DNA of 64,000 nt, taken from NCBI RefSeq assembly GCF_001949145.1, contig NW_019091360.1:977858-1041857 (forward strand). Direction: 5' to 3'. The stretch is from Acanthaster planci (lineage: Eukaryota). Position numbers and translations under genes: made by a program. Under the pieces are notes generated by a model that worked only from the letters and a program-made list of their open reading frames with translations, was not told where the DNA came from and did not search any database. Below are positions 39,920 to 54,000 of the stretch, piece after piece. Within the stretch, counting starts at the first letter, position 1, and every line of letters begins with the position of its first letter.

Positions 39920-42900
39920 GCGTAGTGCACGATGAGGCGACCGCATTGCCGTGCGCGCAAATTTACAAGACTCATTTTTGTACGCATAATAAAAATGCAT
40001 CTCTTTTTGTTGCCAATATGAAAGAGAAAAACTCGCAATCGCAACACTTAAAACAATAATAAAAACAGCATATAAAAAACGGCCAAATAAAATTTGCTAT
40101 TGAATAAAGTGTATAGGCATGAACTTCGTTCCATAGGCCTATGCCATGAAGTACTTTCTGAAGAGTTCTCAGGGCTGTTTCAAATAGTATCCGGTAAATG
40201 TATAAATATGAATACGTGACATAATTAGTTGGGATACCTACGGGCAATAAACAGGAATACTCCCCCCCCTCCTCCCAAAAAAAAAAGAAACAAAAGATCG
40301 AACCAAACCAAGACACGTATCGGGACAGGCCAAGGGGTCCACGATGGGTAAAACGTGGGAGCGTTGCGGACGTCGGACCGGGCCCACAGTTCTGGGGGTA
40401 GGGTAAAACTAAAAACCACAGGTGACCAAAACAGAACTATTATAACTAATACTTGCCGGTTGACATTTGAAATATAAGACACAAAATGCAACGGATACAA
40501 CGATCGACAGGTTGTTTAAAAGGTAGCGCTTGTTTATTGAATTTTTTCCCTCTGTAACATCTACGAGTATCACACCAAACAAGACAGATAAAAACCATGC
40601 ACGTATGTCAAAATGACGAGCACCGCTCCAAACAATAAAATGACAGGGATATACCGTCGAAAAAGTCAAACTTTGTCTCATCGCACCCCACACTATGCAT
40701 AAAAACTACTGTTTAGCATTCTATATGCACGTACACGTATACTTTCACCTCAACGTGTTTGTTTTCTCATGAATATCTTATGTTGCGCCCCCTTTTGTTT
40801 TAGACAGCATTACAGACCTTCCACAAAGCAAACGGCAAAATTTTTCCTGTTTATAAATTCGTTTTAATCTACTAATTTTTGAATTAAAATTTAAGACGTT
40901 TGATGTTTACTTTTTAAAATTACCTTTGTAGTTATAGCAATCACAATATAAAACACACTCATCCATAAAAAAACTTCAATTTCATTCTTTAGAAATACTT
41001 ATTAAGGAGATACCAATATCATGCATAGCATTATTTCTGAACTAAAAACTGTATTAAAAAGCAATGCAGGTGCTCAATCTTCTACCACGCTCTTAAGTAC
41101 ATGCTATATCTAGATTAATAATGTACTTAGGCAATCAATCTGCATCAAAGCAACACAACTGGCGATACATTAAAAATTCACACAGATTCACACTTGTATT
41201 TGGTGTATATATTTTAAATTCAAGATATCCTGAGTAGTATGACGCAAATCAGCTTTTTTTTGGACAAAATTTCAAAGTACTTCACTTGCAAATTTAGCCT
41301 GAATCTGGCTAATAGTCCATATGCAGTACAGACTTCTAGTCTAAGATGCTGCCTACAAAATATTTACTTTAAAAAGTGGCAACGGTCAAGAAAGATCCAT
41401 GGTAAAATTTCATTGTTTGCAAAATAAAATACATTTCAGTTCTGATTCATTACAACCCTAAAATTTGTAAACTTGAAAATGTGAGATGACAACGGACACA
41501 GTGCATTAGTGTACACCTAGTGGTAAACGTGTAGAACCTCACTGTTAAAGGGTTATTGAAAGTGCTATTTTAGTTATGCTGAGGTAAACTTATCCCAAAA
41601 GATGATGCAACAGGTTTGTAAATGCAACAGAAAAACTGGTGGTGCGTGCACGCAATCATGAGTAGGTGCATGCACACCCAATCCAGTGTGTGTGTGTGTG
41701 TAGCAGCATGGGCCTGATAACAAAAGATGTCCACACAGCTGAAAAATGGGTTTAGAGGCCTTTGGGGGTAAGGGTTATCGGTAGCAAAAGGAAGAGGAAC
41801 ACTCAAGGAAGCCAATTACAAAAATCCAAAAAGAGTGTACACTGCATTAAAAAAAAATTTTGCCATTATTGGAGATTTCATAATTACATTATTCATTCAT
41901 ATTTTGTCTTCATTTGATATCAATGAGTGGTGCGATCACACAGTCACAAATTGCATCTTAAATGCAAGATTTTTTTGGCAAATAATAACAAGAACGACGA
42001 CAATAAAGCAATGACAACCGTGGAGTCCTCTACCAGAAAGTGCGCTACTTGAAAAATCATCTTACTACAAGGCGAGGCATAACACCCAGACACGAGAACA
42101 GCAAGTCACTGTAGGAGCCTGATGTTTTTAAGCATTGCACACTATGGCAAGAACAGGAAACCTTATTAGTTAAACTTCAGCTGGCTTAATTTCAATCAAA
42201 AAATCTTGTTGGGTAAATAATTCCCTAATTTTTCCCCAATATTTATATAACTGTCTTTGATTATATTCTACTATTTGTAAAGAATAAAACTATTCTTTGG
42301 TCAAAAATAAGAATGTAATATATTTCTAAAGCTGCCATGTTCTTATTTCAAATACAAAAAGTGCTATAGTGAAACTGATCAAAATCCTTCAAGTGGAATG
42401 CATATGAACAGGTGAATTTCAGTTACAAAAGAAATTCACATTTAACTAATGGCCAAAAAATCGTGCACTTACACAGAGAAAGACAAAACACATAAGAAAA
42501 ACAAGAGCAAATTGCATACTTTTCAGATCTTATGCCTGTTTGAGAAGATCTGAAATAACTCTTTTTAACTTTCCAGGAAACAGAGCCATCAATTTTGAAA
42601 CACTTAAATTTTCAAAAGCCATTACAAATCTTACACAATGATTCCTGGAAGACATGCTATGGGCTGCATTTAAATATGAGGAGGAACATATATCTTCCCA
42701 TTACACGTAACGGTAAGTCCCACATCTGATCCCAATTTTGGTCAATTTTAACCTCCATTAGATTCCTCAACCTCAGCAGTACCCAAGGCAGATTATCTCA
42801 ACCTAAATAGGATTTGAAGGACTGCATGGTGGACGTAGCAATAAGGGGAAGGTTCATGATAGCAGGTTCATGATAGCAACACGTCTCTCTTGTGAGTGGG

Positions 42901-45022
42901 GCTCTGAAACTGACCAGTAGACTCAATGTTTCGGACAATATACTGTCGTCAGGAGAAATGGACCCAGCCTGCCAATCAGTAGGAATATGGCCTGATTCCA
43001 AGTTCTCGCTAAGGCCAGCAAATAAGATCATGTGATATGAAGCTAAGCTTGAAATCAGATGACCTTGTCCAAGTTATTTGACAAAGGGAACGGGGCCGGA
43101 TTAATTTTTTTGTGGGGGTGGGCCTAAGCACCAGCACGAACTCAGGGCCAGGCCGATTATCCAATAGGTACAACAGGCACTGTGCTACAAAAGCAAGAGG
43201 GAGCTACAAAGAATTTTAGGGATGGACTAAAATAAAGCAGTTGACCATGCAAGTCTCTGTGAAATTATTAGAACATAACTAAGTGTATTGAATGTTTACA
43301 GGACCTCTTCCATGAAGTGGCTTAGAACTACTGTACATGTACATGTATGACTAAACCTTCCTATTCCACTGCATACAAGTGTTTTAAAAGTAATGATTTT
43401 TTTTCCAGAAATGTGCCAGACATCTGCTCATTAAAATGATTACTTCACCTGGCACTCATGTATAACTGTACATACAAGTGTACAATTTACATGCAAAGGT
43501 TGTCATTCTGAAGCACATATTGCCGATCTGAGTTATTAGTTTGGCCTGATTCGCTTAGCAACAGCACCATGCAGCACTGTGAAATTGAATGTCGCCTGCT
43601 CCCAGGGTGGAGTAGGGGGCCTGTAAACTCTGGGGCCTAGGGTACTGTTAATGCAACCCTGACTCAAGGCTAGTAATCACTGAAATCTTGCATGTCATGT
43701 TTATGCCTAGGCTACTGCTGGCTACTTTAAAACTTTCCAAATGCCACCAATTCAGAGAGAGGTGATAATACATTCAAAAAGTTATGTTGTTAGTGTGTAG
43801 GTTTTGGGGTGTCCATTTACAGTAAATTGAAATGCATATGACAAAAATCCCTTCCTGTCTGAGGATAGGTATCCAAAACACAAAACTAATGGGAACTATC
43901 AGCAAAGCGTCTGGACAAAAGGCGGCAAAGGAATGATTTACACCATCTGTATAATACTCCTGTGTGGGTGTTCATGTATTTCATGTTCAGGTATGATATT
44001 TGACCCTGACAGAGAATCGGAAAAATGTCCCTGCAGACCTCCAAAAGTAGTTTGACTAAGAATAGAATGGAGAAAATAACAAGAAACAACAGGACAACAA
44101 ATTCCAAGATCCTTTTACCTCTCCTATGATGTGAATTATCAAATTTCTTATCATGTGACATTCTTCAGAGGGAAGGGAACAGTAAAACCAATATCATGCC
44201 TTATCACTACGGTGGGTTTTTTGTAGTTTGTATTTTGTAGTTTGTTTTTAAATTTGTTTGTAGTCAGTATGGGCACAGTGCCCAGTGTGCCTGTTGGATA
44301 ATCTGGCCCTTGTGGGAAGTAATGAAGCATGTTACCATGGCAACCGAAAGCTAACAACCAATGGCAGCAGTAGTCCATGATATGCACATGGCAATGAGTC
44401 AGTTGGGCGCTCCAACGGCACAGGCACAATATGATGCATGACGTACATCAGCTGTGAACATCAATACATGTGACTACTGTCAGTCCTAACAATGACCTTT
44501 GCGCATTGAACACATTTGAGCTAGCATGACGTCGGGTGCTTTTGTACTTGAATGACCTCACCTTTGGGAAAAACTGAAGTGGCTCATTCCAGCAGCGCAG
44601 GCATAAAAATTAAGCATGTCGCGGGTCATTCCAGACAAGCAGAATGAGCGTGCTAGGTTGGCCCTTTCAATGTGGCCAAACGTCAACTCACACGTACACA
44701 CGCTGAACATATTCATGCTGGTACAACATTAGGTGCGACGCAATGTTTTCATATAACCTTGCCTTTCAAAAATACTGCACTGACTTATTCTTAACACTTA
44801 TGATCATGTGACCTAACATCCTCCTGAATCAACAGCATTCTGGAATCAGAGGTTGTGACCAGAACTAATAAATTGTGTACATTTACCTTAATTCACTCTG
44901 GAAAAAATGTCAAAATTATTGGTCCCCAATAGGGCACATATTGCCACTCAGGCACTTGACTTGCTGCAGAGCACTGCTTGCATAGAGGCATGGTTGATCA
45001 CCTTCCTGATAGTACGCCCTGT

Positions 45023-45074
45023 TTAGGTGTGGTTGTAAGCATCATACCACAGTTGACCAGAAGTTCTGAGGGAA
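45023..45074 (-). CDS. fads: FADS-C coding exon 10 (stop)
   Basis: [16 protein letters not shown]. Confidence 0.93.
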
Positions 45075-48000
45075 CTGGAATCAAGAAGATGGACAGAGAG
45101 AAAGAGAGGATAATAAGCTTATATCGTCCAACAGTAAAGTCACCAAGTCAAACACCTAGCACCAAGGTTCATATAGAATCAACCTCATCCCCAGCAGTTA
45201 TTTATTTCCTTCTTGGATCTCTACGGTAACTAACCCCCAGAAAGTTGTAAATGTGAAAGTATTCGCTGTGAATGACGTCCACTGTCCTTGTTAAGCAATC
45301 CCTCTTTAAAATGTGAAAAAGCACACTGGCTGGATGGGAGTTTTACTTATTATTGATATAAAAAAATCTGCTTGCTGATATATCACGCCACAAAGAATTG
45401 ACTGCTTTTATACCAGACACCACAGAGTAAAAAACACTGATGAAGAGCATGGCCTGACACTATTCCTCATTGACAAATGTTTCCAAAGTTGTGGATATGC
45501 GAAGAATCCAATACCAGGGTGCAAAGAAGGTAACCATGGTGATACACTGTTCAAACCATAGGGACAAGGTTGACACAGAGCATAAAATCTAACACCGATA
45601 GCCATTTTTCCATTCCCTAAATCCCGTATCTTCTTGTTTGAACTAGAAAGTTCCATTTATCAAACAATCGCCGAACAATTACCAATCTCTGGGAGGATAC
45701 TTCCACAGGCAAACCACACCCAACATAAGTGTTAAGTTATTATCGTACTTTTCCTCAAAACAACAAAGAAAAATGGTGATTCTTCTCCCAAATGCCTAAC
45801 TAGATACTCAAAACTTCAATCATTCATCTGACTGGAAGGAAATGTGAAAATCATGGACTTACTAGACGATGTCTGCAAATGCACCCAGCAGTGTCTTGGA
45901 TTGGTACCTCAAGCCGTGTTTCATGCACAGAGCTTTGACGTGGGGCACTATCTTCATGTAGTTGTGCCTCGGCATGGTGGGAAAAAGGCTGTAACCAAAA
46001 AACCAAATGGGCTTCAGAAACTAACATCCGGTAACATCCACATATTTGGGAAAATGAAGGTTGAAAAACATTGGCTTATTTCAAAACACTACAAATATTC
46101 CAATGTTTCTGATTTGCGAAGAGCATTTTCACAGCAATATTATCCTGACATTGTCAAGCTCTAAATATTACAAACATGTCACATGTATGAGGAAACGACA
46201 GTACTACAACTGTAAACTACTCTACAAGGTCTAGTATCCTATGACCATCGGTGTGGCAAAATTATCATAATTCAACCAACTTCAAACTGATCTTAGCACA
46301 CTCTTTGTACGGATGATACAACTTTCTGTGAACATTGCTTTTGCACGCTATATGCACCAGCATGAGTGGTAATTATAAAGCCATTTGCGAGTTAAATTTG
46401 AATAAAATCTGGTACACCAAGTTCTTTAAATTCACGTGAACATAACTACTTGAATTCTCCATACTAAAACCACTGTTGCTATACCTTGTAATTTGGGGCA
46501 AGCTTTTGCTTTTTTACATAAAAGACGCCTTGCAACAATACACTGTTCTCAATGGATAAGAACGGCACAAAGGAACCAGTCCACTCCAGAGATGGTGGTC
46601 GCTATGCAAAAGCTTGCCCCGAATCATGAGGTATAGCAACAGTGTTTTTAGTCTGGGGAATTCAAATTGTTACGTTTCTGTGCAATCAGATAACACAGTG
46701 TACCAGATTTTATTCAAATTGAACTCCCAAGTGGCTTATCATTAGTTATCACTCAAGAGTGAGAGGAACACTGCATAATTTAGTGCGTCTGTGTTGCATA
46801 TCCGGCCTCATGGTATACGAGACACAGATCCACTACATTATTCCATGTTCTACAAGCGCAAGCGTGATAACGAATTTATCTTCAAGCAAATTTAACACAT
46901 ACTGAACATGTTATATTGACCTCAGCGCACAAACGCCCACTCTTGAATTTACAGTAAATTTTGCAGATTTATGTTTGCTCTCAGGGTCTAAATAGCACAA
47001 AGCGTGGGGTCAGAACAGCGCATTACACAGTGTTTGATATGAACCATGCAATACATTATTATACTACTTGTTGGCATGGATTGACTAATCAGAATTGAGA
47101 ATTTGAGTTTGCTTGAAGATAAATAGTAGTAGTACAGAGTACGTAATAGTCCCTACTTCTCGGCTTCAAGTAAAATTTAAGTAAGTTGGGTTTTTCTTGG
47201 GCACATGAGGTCCCCTTATTAACCCTGCCACACTTCTCTGCTACATGACATGATGATGGAGGTGTGGCTTTCAAGAATACTCAGTGAGCACAAAGAGTTA
47301 AGACTGCCAGTTCCAAGTGAGAATTGAGTGTGAGAATAAATGTTGCCATAGCGCTGGACACAAAAAATACATACGGCATCATCGCAACCATAACAACCAA
47401 TCAAGTTATCCGTTCTTTACCAATTATGAGCTTACATATAAGCACAAGTTTCTATTAGTCAATAAAGACAGGATATAAAAGTGCATGTAAAGAGAAAGAT
47501 ATTTCATTTACAGAGCAAAAAAGTTTGAGTCTTGAAGTTTCAATCCTAGCAAAATGTTTCAATAGACAGCAAGCAGTTTTGCTGGAATTGATGTATTTTT
47601 ATATTGAATTTACTTTTTCTGCCATGAGACATTTTTTATGGGCATGAAAGCATAAGAATAACATGAAATTAGTAAATCTCATACTCAATGTTAGAGTCGG
47701 CAGCCATGAAGGAAAAAGATTTCTTACTGGTGTTCGATCTGATAGTTAAGGTGGCCAGTAAACCAGTCATTGAAGAAGGAGGGCTGAACATTGCATGTGG
47801 CTTGTACTTGCAACGTCAACCAGTCCCGACGGTGGTCAGTATCTACCTCCATGGGGATGTGATTCATCTGGGTCACCCAGACAAACCAGTGACTCTCCAG
47901 GAACCTGAAAAGGTGGAAGGAAATGGTTGGAGATTTTGCATAGGTTTCAACCAGTCACCCTTCATCTACCTGGTGAGATAAGTGATACAGCATGGTTTGA

Positions 48001-51000
48001 GGATGGATAGTCACTGTCAGCTCCAAAAGGTACTGAAGTCCACCTTGCGAGCTAGTTTGTCAACTTTCAATCCGCTCTGAGCAGGAACAAAAGAGGATGT
48101 GCTTTGAAATGAAATTTGACAGTCCTTTGGTACTCACGCACTGCACAGGTGAACAAGTTAAGTGGGCTTGACGTGGAGCATGCTGAGTATGCGCGATGAT
48201 TTCAGTCTAGGAAGTGTGGTCTTTCCGTGCACACCGATGTGAACTAGAACCCAGTCATATATACCAAGGTGCAAACATACGCATACAGACTGGCAATGAG
48301 GTCACTAATGTACGTTTATGCACCCTAAAGGAATGTAGTTGACTAGGGCCGTGTTCATTAGTAGGCCTACAATACAAATATGCCAGTCTTGGTGTACCCT
48401 GTATTCCTTTATTGCTGGTGAAATGCGTGCATATGCAAAGTATTGTGCAACTGAATGTGCCGTAGAAGAGGGTTCTAGTTCCTGAGGCGGTAGGCCGAGG
48501 GAAATATTTCCCCTTCCCTTTAGCACACAAACTGACATAAAAAGATTCATTGCCAACATGCTTAAAAGCACACACTACTTGCTAGCCCCCGACCGCAGCA
48601 TATCAGGCTGCAATGTTCTGATCACACTCGTACCTACTGTCTCCATGGCATAACCATCTCATCTTGCATGAGAAATTACAGATCACAGATTTGGTTTCCA
48701 CTGCCCCCCTAAAGTTGTGTACCTACATCCATTTTACAGACCCCATTTTACCTACAACTTGTATGAGGGGCCAAAGTTGGCAGAAATATGACTTCCCCCG
48801 CCCTTGAAATTCATTCAAAACAGACACGATTCCATTAGAATTCAATACGGCTGTATTTTCATTTAGTATTAAATAGTACAGGTATCATTATCTAGTGTTC
48901 TGATAGCTGATGGGATTTTAATGCTTTGTGGATCACTCTTTGACTTTTGTACTGAGGGCCAGCCATAGTTTTAGCAGCCACTTGTAGGAAAAAAAACCCA
49001 CAATTGTAATGCCAAAAGAGCAGACTCTATTTATCCCCAAATTAAGAACAGCAAATCTTCATATGCACATGTGCAGTCCTACAAAACTGGACTGGTTTAT
49101 CTATACCTGACAAACATGTACAAGCCAAAGGCACTCAGACCACCCAGCAGAGGTCCGTAGGTTGCGAAGAACCGGACAAAGAAGATGACCGTCCAAGCAA
49201 GATCCTTGGGAAAGAGAAATCAATTTGTTTACAAGCAGTCTAAACAGCTCCGTCTGTCCAGAAATAAAAATGTCAGTGAAAAGTGAATCTGAAAGGCCTT
49301 TTCACAAGAAAGCGCATTTTGTGTTTAACAGTCGGTAGGATACTTACAGTCCAGACCTTCTTCGTAAAGATGTGGTACATATTCTCCACGTGGAAATAAA
49401 TGGGGAGCAACAACGGTGGACCGACTGCAGAAAACATAATAAACCACTTTACATATCAAAGAGTATTTGGTCAAACAGATCAAAAAAGGCTGTTACCTTA
49501 CTGTGCCTTTTATTCTTTACAACAATATAAAGATTGATGTCTTTAACTTGGACAACTTTGAACTGATGGTTGCAAGTAACACATTTAATAAGGGAATAAA
49601 TATTTGCTTGGCCAGTCTTAAATGTACATTTAAGACTGGTTCAGGAGAATGGACCCGACTAATACCCGAGCTGCAGGTCGACCAAGCATATATTTATTCC
49701 CATTCACAAATGCCGTTTTAGTCAGAGTCAAAAGAGGTCAATATATGATAAATTTCCAAGCATTTTGTTTAAGAATTCTACTTTCATTTTGCCGCACACC
49801 CCCATCCATGTTATGGTATATTCTTTGTGCAAGTAATCCAGTAGAATCTCCACAGACTTGGTGCGCGTGCCACAGCACGCAGAGACTTTTGAACAATAGG
49901 AATGGATTAAACCGTCTCGTATCCATGTGCCAGCGCAATTTTAAGCAGAAGGCATAATAACATCGCAGCGGGCAATATCAAATTTCAATACATGGTCATG
50001 TTGCACGTTGCTGAATGGATGCTTGTTTCATGTGTCTACAAGGGGACAGTATAGACTTGTTTTCCAACTTAATTATTCAATAGACTAAATAATCAAACTA
50101 AGCTTGCAAATTACACAATACTTAAAAGGTCCAACTTGAAACAAAGTTCAGTCTTCTTTGAGAGTAAAGACAAGACCCAAAATTAACTCCAAAACTGCAC
50201 AGAATTCAAACAAAGATTAGTATGGTAGCTTGGGTGAAATAAAGGTCCAGGAATTGCTTGATGAAAATTTATTGCCATTTCAAATTTAAGCTCTGATCAA
50301 AATTTGAAGTATTTTTCAAAAATGACCAAGAAATTGAACATATTTAAAATGGTTTAATAGTTTGTTTCATATGTTTGAAACACTGTTTCACAGGAATTTT
50401 AAAAACAAAGCTGCTTCCATAGGGATGTGTGCAATTCACAGCCAATGTTAAGAATTCTGATATGACCATATAAAGACATACACGGTCAACTGCATGATGT
50501 GGAAAGTGACCACCAGTCTAAAATTAGAAGTTCTGATTTGCATTTTTCTGATGGATTGGTTGACTTGTTTTAACTTCAGTTTCCCTGTGGAAAGAAATTT
50601 TAAAAATCCAGACAACCTCAAAAAAGGTAGGAGGGAAGCTAAACATATTGTGTACTGCAACTTAGACCAAAGAAATACTGAGTCAAATGCTCCCGGGGAG
50701 GTATCCATTGGGTAGCTTACTTAGGAAGAAGTAGCCCTGTTGGTAGTTGTAGGGCATGAAGCCTCTCTTCAGGCTTGCCCACTTGATGGGCATTTTGTCT
50801 CCAAAGAGGAACAGGTAAGGCATGGTGATGTCAGGGTCCTTCTTGACCACATTAGGCTTGGCGTGATGCTGGAAGTGACGGTAGTTCCACCAATGAGCAG
50901 AGGCAGCCTTTAGAGAAGAAGACACCCATGGCGCAAACAATCAATTTCCCTACGGCTGAGGGGCCTACAATCCGCTCTTTTCAGATAATGTCACAATGCA

Positions 51001-54000
51001 TTTTGTTTCTTTGTGCTGAGCCTTTGAAAAATTTTCCAGACTAGCTTACAGTCATGTAGACTCCAATTTTGGGGGGAAATTTGACACAGCTGCAATATGG
51101 CTGTTTTTCCTAGACAGAGGTTGACATGCTCAAGGCACACGGGCCCGACATGCATAAGGCTGTGCTCCACAGGCAAACTGACCATAACAAGAAGTTGAGA
51201 CTGAATTGAAACTTCAAAGCTGTGATCATATTGAATATTTTCACATGCAAGCAATATTTCAAGAAAGATTAGGCATGGTACGGCCCCAACTTCCCTTGCC
51301 TCCCAGCTGTGCGATGGTCCGGAAAAGCTAAGTTCTATTTTCACCCATGCAGTGCCACATAGCAAATAATAGTCATTAAAGTTTGGATTGAAATGATGAT
51401 TTCATTTCCAACTGGTAATTCTGACAGTTTTGCCAAGACAAAGTCTTGCACTCCTAATCTTCTCACTGTCAACACAGTGCACTTTTGACAATGCACAAAC
51501 ACCTGAGAAGATAAATGAGTTCACGCAGGGGGGGGCTTTGGCCAAGCCACAGCAATTTCTACACATAGTACCAAGTGATGTACATGTACTCATTCCATTG
51601 CGTTTGTATGAACACACTAAGGATCCAACTAATCTGTGGAGGTTTAGCATTTTTGAAGCCCCAAAGCATCCTTGTGTTATGGCCATACCTCATTTCTCAA
51701 TCTGATCTATGTCATTCTTAAGACCTTTTCCTGGCAATGATAAGCAGCTAATTCTTGGAAATTTCAACTAAAGTCAGACAAATTTTTTCTTTCTCTTTCG
51801 TCCATTGATTAAAGAGAGTTTTTCAAAGATAGCCACTTGTAGATAGCATTATTTGACAACAAAATAGCCCCAAAACACTATTTTTGGCCTTAAAAAAGAT
51901 CACTTTTAAGTGGGAAAGAACAGATGCCAATTCAAGAGTAATTACAGTATGCGGCATGCAAAAATGACAGTTATCCCAAAACGGAGATATCTTGATTAAC
52001 AACAGAGATATCTCTACTGTCAACAGAGATACCTCTATTTCTCAAAGTGCAAAGTGAACATTTAATTGTGAAATACAGATATTCACGATTTAATGTTAAC
52101 TTTGCACCTCTAGAAATACAGATGTCTAATACGGAAATCTCTATTTTCAATGAGATATCTCTATTTCACGATTAAATGTCAACTTTGTACCTCTAAAAAT
52201 GGCATAAAATGTCAACTTTTCATGCTGTGAGAGGCATATCTACAAGATTTGTATGGCATTTCATATAACATCTCATACATATTGATGACCGAGAGCTAAA
52301 CTCTCACTGGTCCCATCATCCTTATGTGTGAGTTGGTATTTTTGCTGTTTACCAGGCACGGACAGGCCAGTACAGAACTTTTCCCTGGGAACAGTTCCAG
52401 ATTGCCTGGGTGCTGAATGCTATGCTACATGCACACTACATGTACATATGTGAATGACCAGATGGAAGCACACGTGCTGCCTTTCCCTTGCCCCTGAAAA
52501 TTTAATACCTACTGAATACGTCTGAGGTATGATAAGCAAATTCAACGTAGCCAAACAAACCATGCTGTGTTTATATATCATGCCATTTTTTTTCTTTACT
52601 CTAAGGCAATGCCACAGAGTGATATTTCCTGCAGGTCAGGGTACCACAGGTTTACAGGTCGTCTGGCGGGAACTGGTTTCGGCTAAAACTTGAAATTCGG
52701 TTTTTAGTTTCAGCCATAATCACCCAGTACCAAATATGAACCAAAATGAATAGGGGTGGGATTTAATCCAGTGAGTGCCGTGACATGGAATGACCCAGCA
52801 GCTATTACATTGGGCCCTGGATTCACAGGGGATTCTGAAGTCTGCTGACCTTACCTTCAGACCTCCAATGACAAAGTAATGCAGCCAATGGTTCCAGCGG
52901 GATTGACGAAAGACCGATAGATGACCCAGGTCATGCTGCAACCATCCAGCTTGGGCCTGGGGTCAATCACAACACTAAATCATTTGAAACGCACACATCA
53001 TGCAACATGACTAGTAGGCTTACAAGGCTTATTCAGTTACTTGATTAATCAATTTGTGTGTGAATTTGTCAGTTACCTTGTTTTTACTACAAGTATGTCA
53101 ATAATGATTCCATGCAAACAATCGATATCAAACTACTCAGTAACTTCTGTTTTTTATATTGGACTGAACATAAGTCCTGGCTAACAAGTCAATATCACAG
53201 CCACAGTAATGTTATTACCCACAGTCAAGCATCTATCTAGGCATATACTAAAAGGCCAGTCAGGCCATCTCATGAATTCACTGCTTGTGTTTTATGGAAT
53301 GTATGCATATTGCTGGAGCGGGTTAACTATCCAGCTTATAATTGAAGGGTAGGGAATCACCTGTGAAATCGTGAGCAACACAGCTGTGAACAAATAAGGC
53401 AGCCATCCTGTTCCATAATACCACAACACCAGCCAACCCAGAACCTCAAGGGCAAGAATGTGGCCTAGGTGGGCAGCGTAGAACCAGAGGTTAGGGGTGA
53501 AGAGACCCATCTCCTCCGCCTGGGTTCGAAGGTCACGCATATCAGTCACGATGCTTGCCTGGGTGTTATAGGTGATGGAGACTACGATTAGCTTAAGGCC
53601 GACAATGGATGGGTTAAAGGTCATCGAGGAAGTACATGTATGTGAGAATATACATGTAGTTGGTGATGTCGGCAAGTATTAAGTCTTAGAAATTGAAGAA
53701 AATATGCAGTTCTGCTTAAATTGCTTACAATTTCTCTAAAAACTTTAAAGACAGTTGGTCAACACGGAAGGATATCTGCTGAAAATGTGCTGGTGGCAAG
53801 TGGCTCACTCCCACTGCGTGATTGTTATGTGCCATATCAAGTCAGGCTACCTTCAACACGCTCCACCTGAGATTTGCTTGAGAAAAATCCTAAAAACTAC
53901 CGCTACCTTAACATACGAGTACCAAACAAAGGAAAATAAAGTTTCAGAGTGTTATCTGCCATAGTATTTTTGTTACAGCCTCTGAACACTGAGGCTAGGA

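Noticed and set aside
13111..47981. Similar + strand ORFs (e.g. 13111, 29131, 45844; 17238, 32215; 14220, 47688) suggesting an antisense gene family
   Set aside because: They are the antisense shadows of conserved FADS exons.
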